Positions 17,967-26,429 of a DNA stretch of 43,977 bases are shown here, one piece after another. Position 1 is the first letter of the stretch; each line of letters starts with the position of its first letter. The notes below the pieces were generated by a model. That model saw only the letters and a list, made by a program, of their open reading frames with translations. It had not been told where the DNA came from and did no database searches. The position numbers were made by a program, and so were the translations under genes. Source of the DNA: an uncultured Fretibacterium sp. (GTDB lineage Bacteria; Synergistota; Synergistia; Synergistales; Aminobacteriaceae); assembly GCA_963514535.1 (NCBI GenBank), contig CAUPUB010000004.1, positions 1-43,977 on the forward strand. Reading direction: 5' to 3'.

Positions 17967-19017
17967 CCTTGGCCTCCTCCTCGGGGGAGACGCCCTGGTG
18001 GAGCTCCTCGGAGACGCCCCAGCCCAACATCCGAATCACGACGACAACCCCCATGAAGATGGAGAGGTACTCCGTGAAGAAGCGCCAGATGATGGCCATG
18101 ACCCCTGCCATGTTCCAGGGCATCAGGGTCCCGAAGAGCAGGGCGCCGCCGCTCTCGGCGAAGCCGCTGGCCCCAGGAGTGGGGATGAAATAGAGCACGA
18201 ACATGAAGACCGCCTGGGTCGCCAGGGTCTGGGTGTAGCTGTAGGGGAGCCCGACGGCGCTCATCAAGATGGGAAGCACGGTGAAGATCAGAAGCAGATG
18301 GAGGACGGAGAGCACTGTGGCGAGCAGCATCCACCCCTTACCGGAGCGGAACGCCAGGCGGAAGTTCATGATGTAATTGTCCACCTCCCGGTCGAGCCAC
18401 TGGAAGCAGCCGATCACGCGGCGGTTGGACTTCACCAGGTTCAGCCGCTTCATCCAGAGGACGGCGATCTTTCCCAGCCGCTTGAGTGCGCCCGGACGAA
18501 GAACGGTGAAGAGGATGAAGACCCACGTACAGCCGATGACGGCGAAGACGTAGAAGACAAGCCCCTTCAGGAAGGGACTTGCCTCCAGGATGGAGGGCTC
18601 GAGAAACAGGGCCGTGGGGACGACCAGGCTCAGGATCAGGACGGTCAGCATGGTACGGATCAAGGTGATGGCGATACCCTTGCCGATGGGGACGCCTTTC
18701 TTATAAAGGACGTAGACCTGGAAGGGGCCGCCCCCGCTCTGCATGGGGGTGACCGCGCTGCCGAAGTAGTTCAGCCAGGTGAGGACGATTCCCATGGAGA
18801 ACGGCACCCTTTCCTGCGCCGCGTGGGAGAGCGCGCAGAAACGTCCCGCGTCGCACATCCAGGAGAGGAGGACCACCCCCAGGGCCCCCAGCAGCAGGAG
18901 CTTGTTCGACGAGAGCAGGGAACGGACGGTTTCGTGATCGACACTTTTGGCTATAATGATCGCATTGGCCCCGAAGGCCAGCAAGATAAAGAGGATCAAA
19001 CCTTTACGCAGGGACAA
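17914..19017 (-). CDS. UPF0104 / lysylphosphatidylglycerol-synthase-TM (flippase-like) domain membrane protein, TTG start
   Basis: A 367-aa polytopic membrane protein with a ...IPTPGASGFAESGGALLF... motif typical of the MprF-N/UPF0104 flippase-like domain. The TTG start has GGAGG 8 nt upstream. Confidence 0.65.
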   Translation of the reverse strand: MSLRKGLILFILLAFGANAIIIAKSVDHETVRSLLSSNKLLLLGALGVVLLSWMCDAGRFCALSHAAQERVPFSMGIVLTWLNYFGSAVTPMQSGGGPFQVYVLYKKGVPIGKGIAITLIRTMLTVLILSLVVPTALFLEPSILEASPFLKGLVFYVFAVIGCTWVFILFTVLRPGALKRLGKIAVLWMKRLNLVKSNRRVIGCFQWLDREVDNYIMNFRLAFRSGKGWMLLATVLSVLHLLLIFTVLPILMSAVGLPYSYTQTLATQAVFMFVLYFIPTPGASGFAESGGALLFGTLMPWNMAGVMAIIWRFFTEYLSIFMGVVVVIRMLGWGVSEELHQGVSPEEEAKDEARRSPANAGVSSKNF

Positions 19018-19210
19018 ATTGAAATTCCTCCAGCATACATCCAGACATCAAACATTAACACAAACATGGTCACACCTTAAACAAACATCATCAAACATCG
19101 AGTGCAACGGCATCAAGTGAGACGGTATGCCCCAAACGGGACTGCCACAAGACGGAAGGATCACGGAGAAAGGGCCGGAAGTACGGTGCACGGCCTTGCG
19201 TTCTGTGCCC

Positions 19211-19792
19211 TTACCGGGTTTGATGGACGGAAAGCCTGCCCAGCATCCGTGCGAGTTCATCGATGCTCGGAAGCAGCTCCTGACGCAGGACCAGGGCCAT
19301 TTGAGGGTATCGCTTTCCGCCCATCAGGCCGATGAGGCGGTTCAAGATCTCCAGGAGCCCATCCCGGAACGCCTGCCCTTCCGGCTCGGCGGAGGGCCCG
19401 GCCGTCAGCGCGCTGCAGCGCTCGTAGACGTCCAGCGTCCAGTCCAGCCCCTCCATCGCGTCGGACAGAGCGTTCTGCGCGGCCGAGGTCTCACCCTCCT
19501 CAAAGCGGTCGGCGATCTCCCCAAGGCCCTTCCTCAACCGAGAGACGTAGCTCAGGGCCTCGGTGAGCGTCTCCTGGATCAGAAGTCGGACCGGAGTGAG
19601 CGCGAAGTGCGCCGCCATCCCCCCCGACAGGCCAAGAAATGCCTGCTCCTCCAGCTCCACACCGTCAACTCGAATCCCCGTGAGGACAAGTCCGGAGTGG
19701 GCGGCCTCCGCCCTCACGGCCTCCAGAATCTCCAGAGGCGACGCCGTGGACGGGATCTCGCGGCGCTCCTGTCCGTCAATCGATACCTTCAT
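19211..19792 (-). CDS. hypothetical protein (193 aa)
   Basis: Protein-like composition, soluble and acidic. The N-terminus MKVSIDGQERREIPSTASPLEILEAV weakly resembles ThiS/MoaD-type beta-grasp starts. This is inference only. Confidence 0.45.
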   Translation of the reverse strand: MKVSIDGQERREIPSTASPLEILEAVRAEAAHSGLVLTGIRVDGVELEEQAFLGLSGGMAAHFALTPVRLLIQETLTEALSYVSRLRKGLGEIADRFEEGETSAAQNALSDAMEGLDWTLDVYERCSALTAGPSAEPEGQAFRDGLLEILNRLIGLMGGKRYPQMALVLRQELLPSIDELARMLGRLSVHQTR

Positions 19793-19804
19793 CGTGCCCC
19801 CCCT

Positions 19805-19838
19805 GTTCCGATTTCCGACTTGTTCCGATCTCCGACTT
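19805..19838. repeat. 17-bp tandem direct repeat (gttccgatYtccgactt x2) in the divergent intergenic region
   Basis: Copies at 19805-19821 and 19822-19838 differ at one position. Confidence 0.8.
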
Positions 19839-19870
19839 GGTACCTCGGAAAATCCGGTGCGCCCAAACGC

Positions 19871-19898
19871 CTCCCCATCCCAGGGAAGGGATGGGGAG
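19871..19898. promoter_or_regulatory. perfect 11-bp inverted repeat (ctccccatccc-agggaa-gggatggggag), candidate operator
   Basis: Read directly. No adjacent T-run on either strand, so it is unlikely to be a terminator. It lies between divergent hyp193 and fliD. Confidence 0.45.
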
Positions 19899-20086
19899 GG
19901 CGAAAAACGCGTAATCGTTGTGAGGACTTAACATCCCTCATTTTAGGTTCCTATTTTAACATACTCCGGATCGCTCATGTTCGAGCTGTCCGGCGCCGAT
20001 ACTCAATTTAGGATATAATAAACACGAAACGCGCATCGGCGGAGTCCGATGTGTTTTGTCCGTGCCGAAGAACAGGAGGGTTTTAT

Positions 20087-22930
20087 ATGGCGGACATGTC
20101 CGTATCGGGTATCGCGTCCGGGATCAACTGGGACGAGATGATAACGAAGATCCTGAACAAGGCGAAGAAGCCCGCGCTCGTGATGGTGGAGAAGCGGGAT
20201 AAGCTGACCCGGAAGAAGGAGTATTTCGAGGAGTTCAAGATCGCGCTGCAGAAGCTCAACAGCACGCTGTCGTCGCTCAAGCTTGCCTCAACCTACAAGG
20301 CGAAGGGAATAGAGATAGAGCGGATCGACAAGAGCGGCTCCTACAAGGGTGTGCTGACGGCCACCGTAAACTCGGATGCGGAGGTCAACGTCCACGACCT
20401 CGAGGTACTGAAGCTGGCCAAGAGCCAGGTCCAGCGTTCCAATGCATTTTCGGACAAGATCTCCGGGGCCTTCACGGGCGCCTTGAGCGGAGCCTCGGAG
20501 GCCCACTTCTGGATCAGCATCGGCGGCCGGAGGCTGCGTATCGAGGTTCATTCCAATGACACACTGGAGTCCCTGGCCAAGCGCATCAACACGACCCTCA
20601 AGACGCAGAAGCCGCCGTTCGGCGTAACCGCTTCTGTCGTAGACAAAAAGTTGATCCTGAAGAGTGACGCTACCGGCCTGGGCGAGGACACCCGGAAGGT
20701 CTCGGTGACCCGCTCCGGCAATGTGTACGACCCTTTGGGGGATATGTATATCGACCCCAAATCTCTGAAGGACATGGTCGTCAAGAGCAAGAAGGGCAAC
20801 AAGACCTGGAAGCTGGGTGTGGACTTCGACATCGTGGCCGGGAACCAGATCCGCTGGCGCGACTACGAGCCGCAGACGGCCCCCGCTGGGGCGACCTATC
20901 AGGTGAAGTACAAGGCAGCAGTCGGGGATGAATATACGACGGGCGGAGCGACCTATGGCCCAAGCGACATCGTGCGCGGCAAGGGCGATGTGGATAAGGA
21001 TGCGTTGCCCTTTACGCCCCAGGCGACGCTGTCGACGACAAACATCTCTATCAAGGACAAGAACAATGTAACATATCAGTACGGTACGGATTTCAAAATC
21101 GAGGGGAAATCCGTGAAGTGGCTGGGGACGAATCGCCCCGATGAGGGCGTCGCCTATAAGGTTACGTATAAGCCCAATGCAAATGAGGAGTTCACGCTCA
21201 ACGTCAAACGCGGCGTCGATGACGAGGTTACAGGATCGGCCTACGCGGACTTCGCCAAGGGAAAGTCCGTCATCAAACAGGGCGGCAGGACCTATGTGCA
21301 GGGCGAGGACTTCGACATCGTGAGCGACGGCGGCAGCCCGGCCAAGGCCGTGGTGCGCTGGCGGCCCGAGGTGGCATGGAGCGCCCCCGGGCCGGGGACA
21401 CCCTATAACTTGGAGCTGACGAAGGCCGACGGGACGACACAGACCTTCAACGTAACGCGGACGGGAAAAGACACGCTTACCATGAGCGAGTGGGGCTTCA
21501 CTACGGCGACGGGAACGATTGACCCGACGGCTACCTATGCCTACCAGAATCCCCCGACGACCTTTGGGGCGGGTGCTTTTTCCGTATCCGGAAGCGGTGG
21601 CACCTTCGACCTCACCTGGACTCAGCCCTCGACGCCGCTCGTTCCGCGCGACACCCCCAAGTACGGCGACGAGTACACGGTGGAATACAAGCACGAGAAG
21701 AACACCTTCACCCTGTCGGACGACGGGTCAGGGATCCTGAGCGCGCTGGGGCTGGACCGGAAGGACGAGGCGCACTACACGGCCGCCGAGGACGCGGAGA
21801 TGATCCTGAACGGCGAGAAGGTGACGCGGTCGTCCAACAAGATCGGCCCGGAGACCAAGAACGAGTTGATCAAGGGAGTGACGCTGGAGCTCAAGGGCCG
21901 GGGACACGTCTCTCTGGATATCTCCCACGACCTGGAGGCATCCGTCAAGGCCCTCCAGGCATTCACAGAAGCTTACAACGACGTGATGAAGTGGATCAAC
22001 GTCAAGTCCTCGGAGAAGGCCGTGGACGAGACGAAGAAGGCCACCCTGCCCTCGGATGACTTCCGCAGAAAATGGGGCCTGCTCTTCGGCAACTCCCTCC
22101 TGCGTGAGGCCAAGGGCAGGATGCGCCGTACCGTCACCCAGACCTTCAACCACACGTTCAAGCAGCGTAAGAGCCGGGACCCCATCTACGGGACGATGGA
22201 GCAGAACGGCCTCAAGGGCCAGAGCACGCTGCGCATCACGGTGGGGGCCCGTGTCGCCGAGATCACGATCAATCCGGAGGACACGCTCGAGTCCATTGCG
22301 GCCAAGATCAACGATACATCCGAGAAGGGGGAGGCCAGCGCCCTGCACTACGATCCCGACGGGCGGAAGTACCCCACCCCCTTTGCAAAAGCCTCGGTCT
22401 CGGACGGCAAGTTGGTGATCGACGCGGGCACGGAGCGTCAGGTCCAGGTTTCGGGTGCCCCAGCCCTTAAGGCCCTTGGCATGGACTACACCTATACGGG
22501 CCTCTACCAGATGGGGTTCAAGACCACATCCAGAGACCACGGTAAGAGCGGCGAGCTCGAGTTCAGCTCGCGGGACTACATGAAGGCGATGAAGAAGAAT
22601 TCGGAGGAGGCCACGGACGTAATGCTGGCCTTCGCCAAGGACATGCAGAAGTTTGCGGACGGGATGCTCCGCTCCTCCGCGGGGAGTGGCAACAGCGGTA
22701 GGGGGGCCGCCAAGGGCACCGTGGTGCAGGAAATCGATGGCATCAACACGGAGATCAAGTCGATAAACAAGTACCTGAGCACGTTCGAGCAGCGCCTGCA
22801 GAAGAAGAAGGAAACGCTCTTCAGACGGTTCTCCGAGGCCGAGCGGAGTCTATCCAAGCTGATGCAGCAGGCCAGCTGGCTCAATAACGTTACGGCTCAG
22901 CTCCAGGGGGCGGGCAAGGGCCAGCAATAG
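20087..22930 (+). CDS. fliD: flagellar filament cap protein FliD (hook-associated protein 2), unusually long with internal repeats
   Basis: The N-terminus SVSGIASGINWDEMITKILNKAKKPALVMVEKRDKL...LKLAKSQ matches FliD_N. Two flagellin-IN-like motifs are present (TLESLAKRINTTL...GVTASVVDKKLILKSDATG and TLESIAAKINDTS...KASVSDGKLVIDAG). The C-terminus LQKKKETLFRRFSEAERSLSKLMQQASWL matches FliD_C. RBS AGGAGGG precedes the ATG at 20087. Confidence 0.8.
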   Translation: MADMSVSGIASGINWDEMITKILNKAKKPALVMVEKRDKLTRKKEYFEEFKIALQKLNSTLSSLKLASTYKAKGIEIERIDKSGSYKGVLTATVNSDAEVNVHDLEVLKLAKSQVQRSNAFSDKISGAFTGALSGASEAHFWISIGGRRLRIEVHSNDTLESLAKRINTTLKTQKPPFGVTASVVDKKLILKSDATGLGEDTRKVSVTRSGNVYDPLGDMYIDPKSLKDMVVKSKKGNKTWKLGVDFDIVAGNQIRWRDYEPQTAPAGATYQVKYKAAVGDEYTTGGATYGPSDIVRGKGDVDKDALPFTPQATLSTTNISIKDKNNVTYQYGTDFKIEGKSVKWLGTNRPDEGVAYKVTYKPNANEEFTLNVKRGVDDEVTGSAYADFAKGKSVIKQGGRTYVQGEDFDIVSDGGSPAKAVVRWRPEVAWSAPGPGTPYNLELTKADGTTQTFNVTRTGKDTLTMSEWGFTTATGTIDPTATYAYQNPPTTFGAGAFSVSGSGGTFDLTWTQPSTPLVPRDTPKYGDEYTVEYKHEKNTFTLSDDGSGILSALGLDRKDEAHYTAAEDAEMILNGEKVTRSSNKIGPETKNELIKGVTLELKGRGHVSLDISHDLEASVKALQAFTEAYNDVMKWINVKSSEKAVDETKKATLPSDDFRRKWGLLFGNSLLREAKGRMRRTVTQTFNHTFKQRKSRDPIYGTMEQNGLKGQSTLRITVGARVAEITINPEDTLESIAAKINDTSEKGEASALHYDPDGRKYPTPFAKASVSDGKLVIDAGTERQVQVSGAPALKALGMDYTYTGLYQMGFKTTSRDHGKSGELEFSSRDYMKAMKKNSEEATDVMLAFAKDMQKFADGMLRSSAGSGNSGRGAAKGTVVQEIDGINTEIKSINKYLSTFEQRLQKKKETLFRRFSEAERSLSKLMQQASWLNNVTAQLQGAGKGQQ

Positions 22931-22960
22931 ACGGACGCGGACGCGCAGCGGCGATTTTGT

Positions 22961-23000
22961 GAGGGGGCGGATTCCCGGCGGGACCCGCCCCCTTGTGCTG
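22961..23000 (+). terminator. probable terminator after fliD
   Basis: gggggcgg-attcccggcgggac-ccgccccc followed by a weak T-rich tract (ttgtgctgtgtt). Confidence 0.45.
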
Positions 23001-23046
23001 TGTTATCATTTATGGCTGAGTATCGGAGACCGTCGGAGGTGTGACT

Positions 23047-23925
23047 GTGATTTCCAGCGACGAAAACATGAGGGCCGGGAGCGGCCGCGGCGATCGCGAG
23101 GATAAAGGGCATTATTTCGACGAAATCGTCGGCCTGATCGAACGACTGAGGGCCCCGGGGGGCTGTCCGTGGGACCGAAAGCAGACGCTGGAGGATCTGC
23201 GCACCTGCATTACGGAGGAGGCCTACGAGCTTGCGGAGGCCATCACGGAGCGGGACATGGACAAGGTCCGGGAGGAGTCCGGGGACCTCCTGCTGCAGGT
23301 CGTCTTTGTGGCCTCGCTGGCCCGTGAGCACGGGGACTTCGACATGAGGGACGTCGTGCGCACGATCTGCGACAAGCTGATCCGGCGTCACCCCCACGTG
23401 TTCGGAAACGTCGAGGCCAGGGACAGCGATGCGGTCCTGAGGAATTGGGAGAGCATCAAGCTGGAGGAGCGCCGTGCCCGGAAGGAGGACCTGTCGGTCC
23501 TGGCCGGGGTGCCTGCCGGGCTGCCTCCGCTTCTCAAGGCCCACCGGATGCAGGGCAAGGCGGCACACGTCGGGTTCGACTGGCCCAGGGGCGACGCCGC
23601 CCCGCTCTTCACGAAACTGGACGAGGAGGCTGCCGAGCTGCGGGAGGCTGTGGGGCACGGGGATGCCGCGGCCGTGGAGGACGAGCTGGGGGACCTGCTG
23701 TTCATGGTCGTCAACCTGGCGCGTCACCTGGGCGTCAACCCCGACGCGGCGCTCTCCCGGGCCTGCGCCAAATTCGCAGGGCGCTTCCGTCGGGTCGAGA
23801 AGCAGGCCGTGGAGCGCGGCGTCAGCCTGGAGGACTGTTCCCCGGAGGAGCTTGACGTCATGTGGGAACGGGCCAAGGCGAGCCTCGACAGGGGAACGCT
23901 TTACAATGATGGAGGACGGAGATGA
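23047..23925 (+). CDS. mazG: nucleoside triphosphate pyrophosphohydrolase MazG
   Basis: Two MazG EE-type repeats are present (...RLRAPGGCPWDRKQTLEDLRTCITEEAYELAEAI... and ...FTKLDEEAAELREAV...EDELGDLLFMVVNLARHLGV). The GTG start at 23047 is 7 nt after GGAGG. Confidence 0.85.
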   Translation: MISSDENMRAGSGRGDREDKGHYFDEIVGLIERLRAPGGCPWDRKQTLEDLRTCITEEAYELAEAITERDMDKVREESGDLLLQVVFVASLAREHGDFDMRDVVRTICDKLIRRHPHVFGNVEARDSDAVLRNWESIKLEERRARKEDLSVLAGVPAGLPPLLKAHRMQGKAAHVGFDWPRGDAAPLFTKLDEEAAELREAVGHGDAAAVEDELGDLLFMVVNLARHLGVNPDAALSRACAKFAGRFRRVEKQAVERGVSLEDCSPEELDVMWERAKASLDRGTLYNDGGRR

Positions 23926-25355
23926 CGGAGAACAGGACCGAGGGGGCGCAGGAGGAGAAGGCGGGCCGGAGGGCGCGCATCATGGAGACGGCGCTTCGGG
24001 ACGCGCACCAGTCCCTTATCGCCACGAGGATGAGCACCAGGGACATGATCCCCGTCCTCGAGAGGCTGGACGCGGTGGGGTATTGGGCCCTCGAGATGTG
24101 GGGCGGGGCGACGTTCGACAGCTGTATGCGCTTCCTGGACGAGGACCCCTGGGAACGGCTGCGCGTCATCCGTTCCCGGATCAAAAACACCAAGCTCCAG
24201 ATGCTGCTTCGGGGGCAGAACCTCGTGGGCTACCGGCACTATGCGGATGACGTGGTGAGGGAGTTCGTGAAGCGCGCGGTGGGGGGCGGTATCGACATCA
24301 TCCGAGTCTTCGACGCCCTGAACGATCTGCGTAATATGGAGGTCGCGGCCGACCAGGTGAAGAAGGAGGGGGCGCACCTCCAGCTGTGCATCTCCTACAC
24401 GATCTCCCCCGTCCATACCCTGGACGCCTTCGCCGAGATGGCCCTGGAGATGGCGGGCATGGGGGCGGACTCCATAGCCATTAAGGACATGGCGGGCCTG
24501 CTGAGCCCGGTGGACTGCGCTCGGCTCGTCCGTGCGATACGCGCCCGGACGGACCTGCCGATACAGCTTCACAGCCACTACACCAGCGGATTGGCCTCCA
24601 TGACCTACTATGCGGGGCTCAGGGCGGGGGCGGACATCGTCGACACGGCGATCTCCCCCTTCTCCATGGGGACCAGCCAACCGCCCACGGAGTCGCTGGT
24701 CGCGGCCCTGGCGGGCGGGGACCTGGACACGGGAATCAGCCTGGACAAGCTGATCCCCGTCGAGGAGTATTTCAAGACGCTCCGCGAGAAGTACAGGAAA
24801 CTGCTCCCGGACATTGGCGGGGTCAACATCAACATCCTGCGCTATCAGGTCCCTGGCGGCATGTACTCGAACCTCGTGAACCAGCTCAAGGAGCAGAACG
24901 CCCTGGACAAGCTGGAGGACGTGATGAACGAGATCCCGGTGGTGCGCAAGGCCATGGGTTACCCGCCCCTGGTGACCCCGACCAGCCAGATCGTCGGGAC
25001 CCAGGCGACGCTGAACGTCCTGACGGGCCAGCGCTGGAAGGTCATCCCCAAGGAGGTCAAGCAGTACTTCCTGGGCTACTACGGGACGGCGCCCGCTCCC
25101 CTGGACCCCGAGGTCCAGAGGCTGGCGATAGGAGACGAGGAGCCCATCACCTGCCGGCCCGGTGAGAGGATTCCCCCTGAGATGGATGCGGCCCGCAGGG
25201 CCGTGGATGCCTGGTCGCTCCAGCCGGAGGACGCCCTGACCTGGATTATGTTCCCCCAGGTCGCCAAGGACTTTCTTCCGCGGAAGTACGCGCGCGTCAC
25301 GCGCCGGGACGTTGGGCTCCAGGACCTCGTCGAGGAGGCAGCCTATCCCATATGA
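23922..25355 (+). CDS. carboxyltransferase subunit (oxaloacetate decarboxylase alpha / pyruvate carboxylase B / transcarboxylase 5S-like), no biotinyl domain
   Basis: IMETALRDAHQSLIATRMSTRDMIPVLERLDAVGYWALEMWGGATFDSCMRFL... is the TIM-barrel carboxyltransferase domain. The protein is 477 aa and ends without a biotin-attachment AMKM motif. The ATGA overlap with mazG indicates translational coupling. Confidence 0.8.
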   Translation: MTENRTEGAQEEKAGRRARIMETALRDAHQSLIATRMSTRDMIPVLERLDAVGYWALEMWGGATFDSCMRFLDEDPWERLRVIRSRIKNTKLQMLLRGQNLVGYRHYADDVVREFVKRAVGGGIDIIRVFDALNDLRNMEVAADQVKKEGAHLQLCISYTISPVHTLDAFAEMALEMAGMGADSIAIKDMAGLLSPVDCARLVRAIRARTDLPIQLHSHYTSGLASMTYYAGLRAGADIVDTAISPFSMGTSQPPTESLVAALAGGDLDTGISLDKLIPVEEYFKTLREKYRKLLPDIGGVNINILRYQVPGGMYSNLVNQLKEQNALDKLEDVMNEIPVVRKAMGYPPLVTPTSQIVGTQATLNVLTGQRWKVIPKEVKQYFLGYYGTAPAPLDPEVQRLAIGDEEPITCRPGERIPPEMDAARRAVDAWSLQPEDALTWIMFPQVAKDFLPRKYARVTRRDVGLQDLVEEAAYPI

Positions 25356-25427
25356 TGCCGGGAAACGAAAGGAAACTCGAAAAACAGGGGAAAAATCGAA
25401 AAATAGGATGGATGGAGAAGTTCTGGA

Positions 25428-26429
25428 ATGGATGGAGAAGCGTTTGAGCGGAGAGACGCTCCGCTGAGGATTTCCGAGGATGTCGCGGTTGCCGGCGGGG
25501 GGGCCATGGCCCGTCTTCTGGGGTTGCACGACGAGAACCTCGAGGCCCTGGAGGCCCGTTATCCGGTCTCCCTCTCCGTTGGGGAGAGCCGGATACGGAT
25601 CTCGGGCCCCGACGCCGAGCCGGTGCGCATCGTGGCGTACCTGCTGCGTCAGCTTGCGGTCGTCGCCGAGAGCGGGCACGAGATCCGCGTCGCCGACGTC
25701 CGTCACGCGATGGACGCCCATGCGGAGGGCCGGGAGATCAAGCTGGACTCGCTGTATTCGGAGGTCGTCTGCACGACGGCGCGGGGCAAGCCCATCCGGG
25801 CCAAGACCGTCGGGCAGAGGGCCTATATCCAGGCCATGCGGGACAACGACATCCTGTTCGCCGTCGGCCCCGCGGGGACGGGCAAGACCTACCTGGCGGT
25901 CTGCGAGGCCGTCTCCATGCTGAAGGAGGGGCGGGTGAACCGCGTTGTCCTGGTACGGCCGGCCGTCGAGGCTGGAGAGAGCCTGGGGTACCTCCCGGGC
26001 GACCTCAGGGAGAAGGTCGAGCCCTACGTTCGTCCTCTCTACGACGCGTTTTATGAGCTTCTGTCGCCCGAACGGTTCGCCCGCTACGTGGACAAGGGGA
26101 TCATCGAGATCGCGCCCCTGGCCTATATGAGGGGGCGGACGCTCAACGACAGCTTCATCATCCTGGATGAGGCTCAGAACACGACCCCCGAGCAGATGAA
26201 GATGTTCCTCACCCGTCTGGGATTCGGTTCCAAGGCCGTGGTGACCGGCGACATCACCCAGGTGGACCTGCCGCAGGGGCGCCCCTCGGGGCTGCGCAGC
26301 GTGCGGTCGATCCTCGAGGGCATCGAGGGGATCGGCTTTTTCGACCTTACGGGGGCCGACGTCGTCCGTCACGAGATCGTGCAGAAAGTGGTCCAGGCCT
26401 ATGACCGCTATGAAAAGCGCCTTTCTTGA
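25428..26429 (+). CDS. phoH: PhoH-like ATPase (YbeZ)
   Basis: Walker A AVGPAGTGKTYLAV, followed by ...VLVRPAVEAGESLGYLPGDLREKVEPYVRPLYDAF.... Confidence 0.9.
   Translation: MDGEAFERRDAPLRISEDVAVAGGGAMARLLGLHDENLEALEARYPVSLSVGESRIRISGPDAEPVRIVAYLLRQLAVVAESGHEIRVADVRHAMDAHAEGREIKLDSLYSEVVCTTARGKPIRAKTVGQRAYIQAMRDNDILFAVGPAGTGKTYLAVCEAVSMLKEGRVNRVVLVRPAVEAGESLGYLPGDLREKVEPYVRPLYDAFYELLSPERFARYVDKGIIEIAPLAYMRGRTLNDSFIILDEAQNTTPEQMKMFLTRLGFGSKAVVTGDITQVDLPQGRPSGLRSVRSILEGIEGIGFFDLTGADVVRHEIVQKVVQAYDRYEKRLS

Noticed and set aside
19920-20086. sigma28 (FliA) promoter upstream of fliD
   Set aside because: GCCGATAC is present at ~20003, but there is no TAAA(GTTT) -35 at the required spacing.
23901-26372. 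823-aa minus-strand ORF
   Set aside because: Antisense to the carboxyltransferase and phoH genes.
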